From: Schizochytrium sp. TIO01
Taxonomy: Eukaryota > Protista > Bigyra: Labyrinthulomycetes
Direction of reading: 5' to 3'
Length of the DNA: 64,000 bases
Assembly: GCA_004764695.1 (NCBI GenBank)
Contig: SMSO01000014.1
Location: 1,793,648 to 1,857,647 of the forward strand
Shown: positions 62,869-64,000 of the stretch, piece by piece
Position numbering within the stretch: position 1 is the stretch's first letter
Layout of the letters: each line of letters begins with the position of its first letter
Made by a program: the position numbers and the translations under genes
The notes under the pieces: model-generated
What the model saw: the letters and a program-made list of their open reading frames with translations, nothing else
What the model was told of the DNA's origin: nothing
The model's database searches: none

Positions 62869-64000
62869 GATCGAAGAGGGACCAGTATAGCGACTCCAGG
62901 CCACTTCACATTAGGTGCTAGTTTCTAACGTCTTAGGCGAAGTCCTTTTCCAAGCTCTTCTTCTCTCCCGCTTCTTATGTACCTAGGTATCTATTTCTTT
63001 TATGTTTTGGTTTGTATTTAACTTTTTTATTATTCTTTATGAATAAAATACCCTTTTCCATTGTAACAACGAAGAATGGGATGGAGGAGTTGGCAGAAGC
63101 TAGCTAGCTGGATAGTTAGTAGTTATTATAGGGGTTCGGGTGTCAAGTTCTCTTCTCCTTCCCTGCTAAACTAAGTTATTTTTCAAGGTTGCCTTTGCTG
63201 TATTGAAAGTTCTGCTTTGGCTCCATCCATCAACGGAAGCCGCGAGATAGATGCGAAGTTACGAGCATAATTTGCATTTCGCTGCAGTTCTGCGAGAGGA
63301 GCGGCGGCAATTACGAGTCTAATTTTGAGCCTCACGAGGAACTTGGATGACTGTTTGTGCTGATTGTAGCTGATCATTCGCAATCAGTACCAAGGTTCCT
63401 CAGTGTTTCTGTTCATGGTTTTCATCTTTTACATAATCTTTAGCTATCTTAGCTAAACAACAATTACTATAAAATAATCAAGAAATAGGACTTGTAATTT
63501 ACAATCCTTCGATAAACTCATCAATGATTGCTATTGATTGATAGATTGATTGATTTATTGATTGTTTCATTCAATTTGCCTCTCCGTTTGTAGAGAATCA
63601 ATCAGATTCGCTTGAGAGTACTTAGGTACCTTCCACTTCCTCAAATCTCGATGAGCTCGTTTTCGATTAAACTTGTTCACATTCCTGTTTGTCTGTCTGG
63701 TCTGTCTGAAAGTCTACCTCATCAGCGTGGGATGGTATAAGAGTACCACGTATGTCTTCAAACAAACAATCTGTAAGTCTGTCTGTCTTTTATTCTTGTA
63801 CCTCCCTCCTAGCTAGCTGGACTCTTTCACTCCCAGTTTCAACTAAACACATTCATACGTCACTTTCCTATCTCCGTCTGTCTTTGTGTACCTAGGTAGA
63901 AATGTGGATGTATTCACATATACAGAGAGATACTGGGAGAGATAGCTATCGCAAAACATTCCTGCAATGTAGAAGAATTGATTGATTGATTCATTGATTG

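Overview
Eukaryotic nuclear DNA: gene-dense, intron-poor, GT-AG introns, microsatellite-rich spacers. The gene set and style suggest a heterotrophic stramenopile of the thraustochytrid/labyrinthulomycete type (inference, not verified). I can support 17 protein-coding genes: PDK/BCKDK-type kinase, PDZ+LRR protein, prolyl-4-hydroxylase-like 2OG oxygenase, BAG6-like UBL protein, GET4, LPAAT, TKL kinase, MCM3, MST/Hippo-like kinase with a SARAH-like tail, an ankyrin + Calx-beta-like protein, a cytosolic carboxypeptidase, TRAPPC6, GDP-mannose 3',5'-epimerase, PIBF1/CEP90, a three-exon CENP-W-like gene not assembled by the ORF track, a bZIP-related protein and a GH43 hydrolase. An 18th, weaker call is a Myb-like factor. 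The most unusual signal is in the ankyrin gene, which is broken twice by +1 frame changes. Both breaks can be placed at the same in-frame CGG-AAT dicodon shortly before a TGA, so this is candidate recoding/editing, though sequence error or pseudogenisation is not excluded. Other highlights: BAG6-like and GET4 (partners in the mammalian GET pre-targeting complex) lie tail-to-tail; the hidden CENP-W-like gene; and a hairpin/Sm-like/hairpin candidate ncRNA. No CRISPR array, rRNA, intact tRNA or intact mobile element was recognised. All calls are from manual reading; no searches were run.
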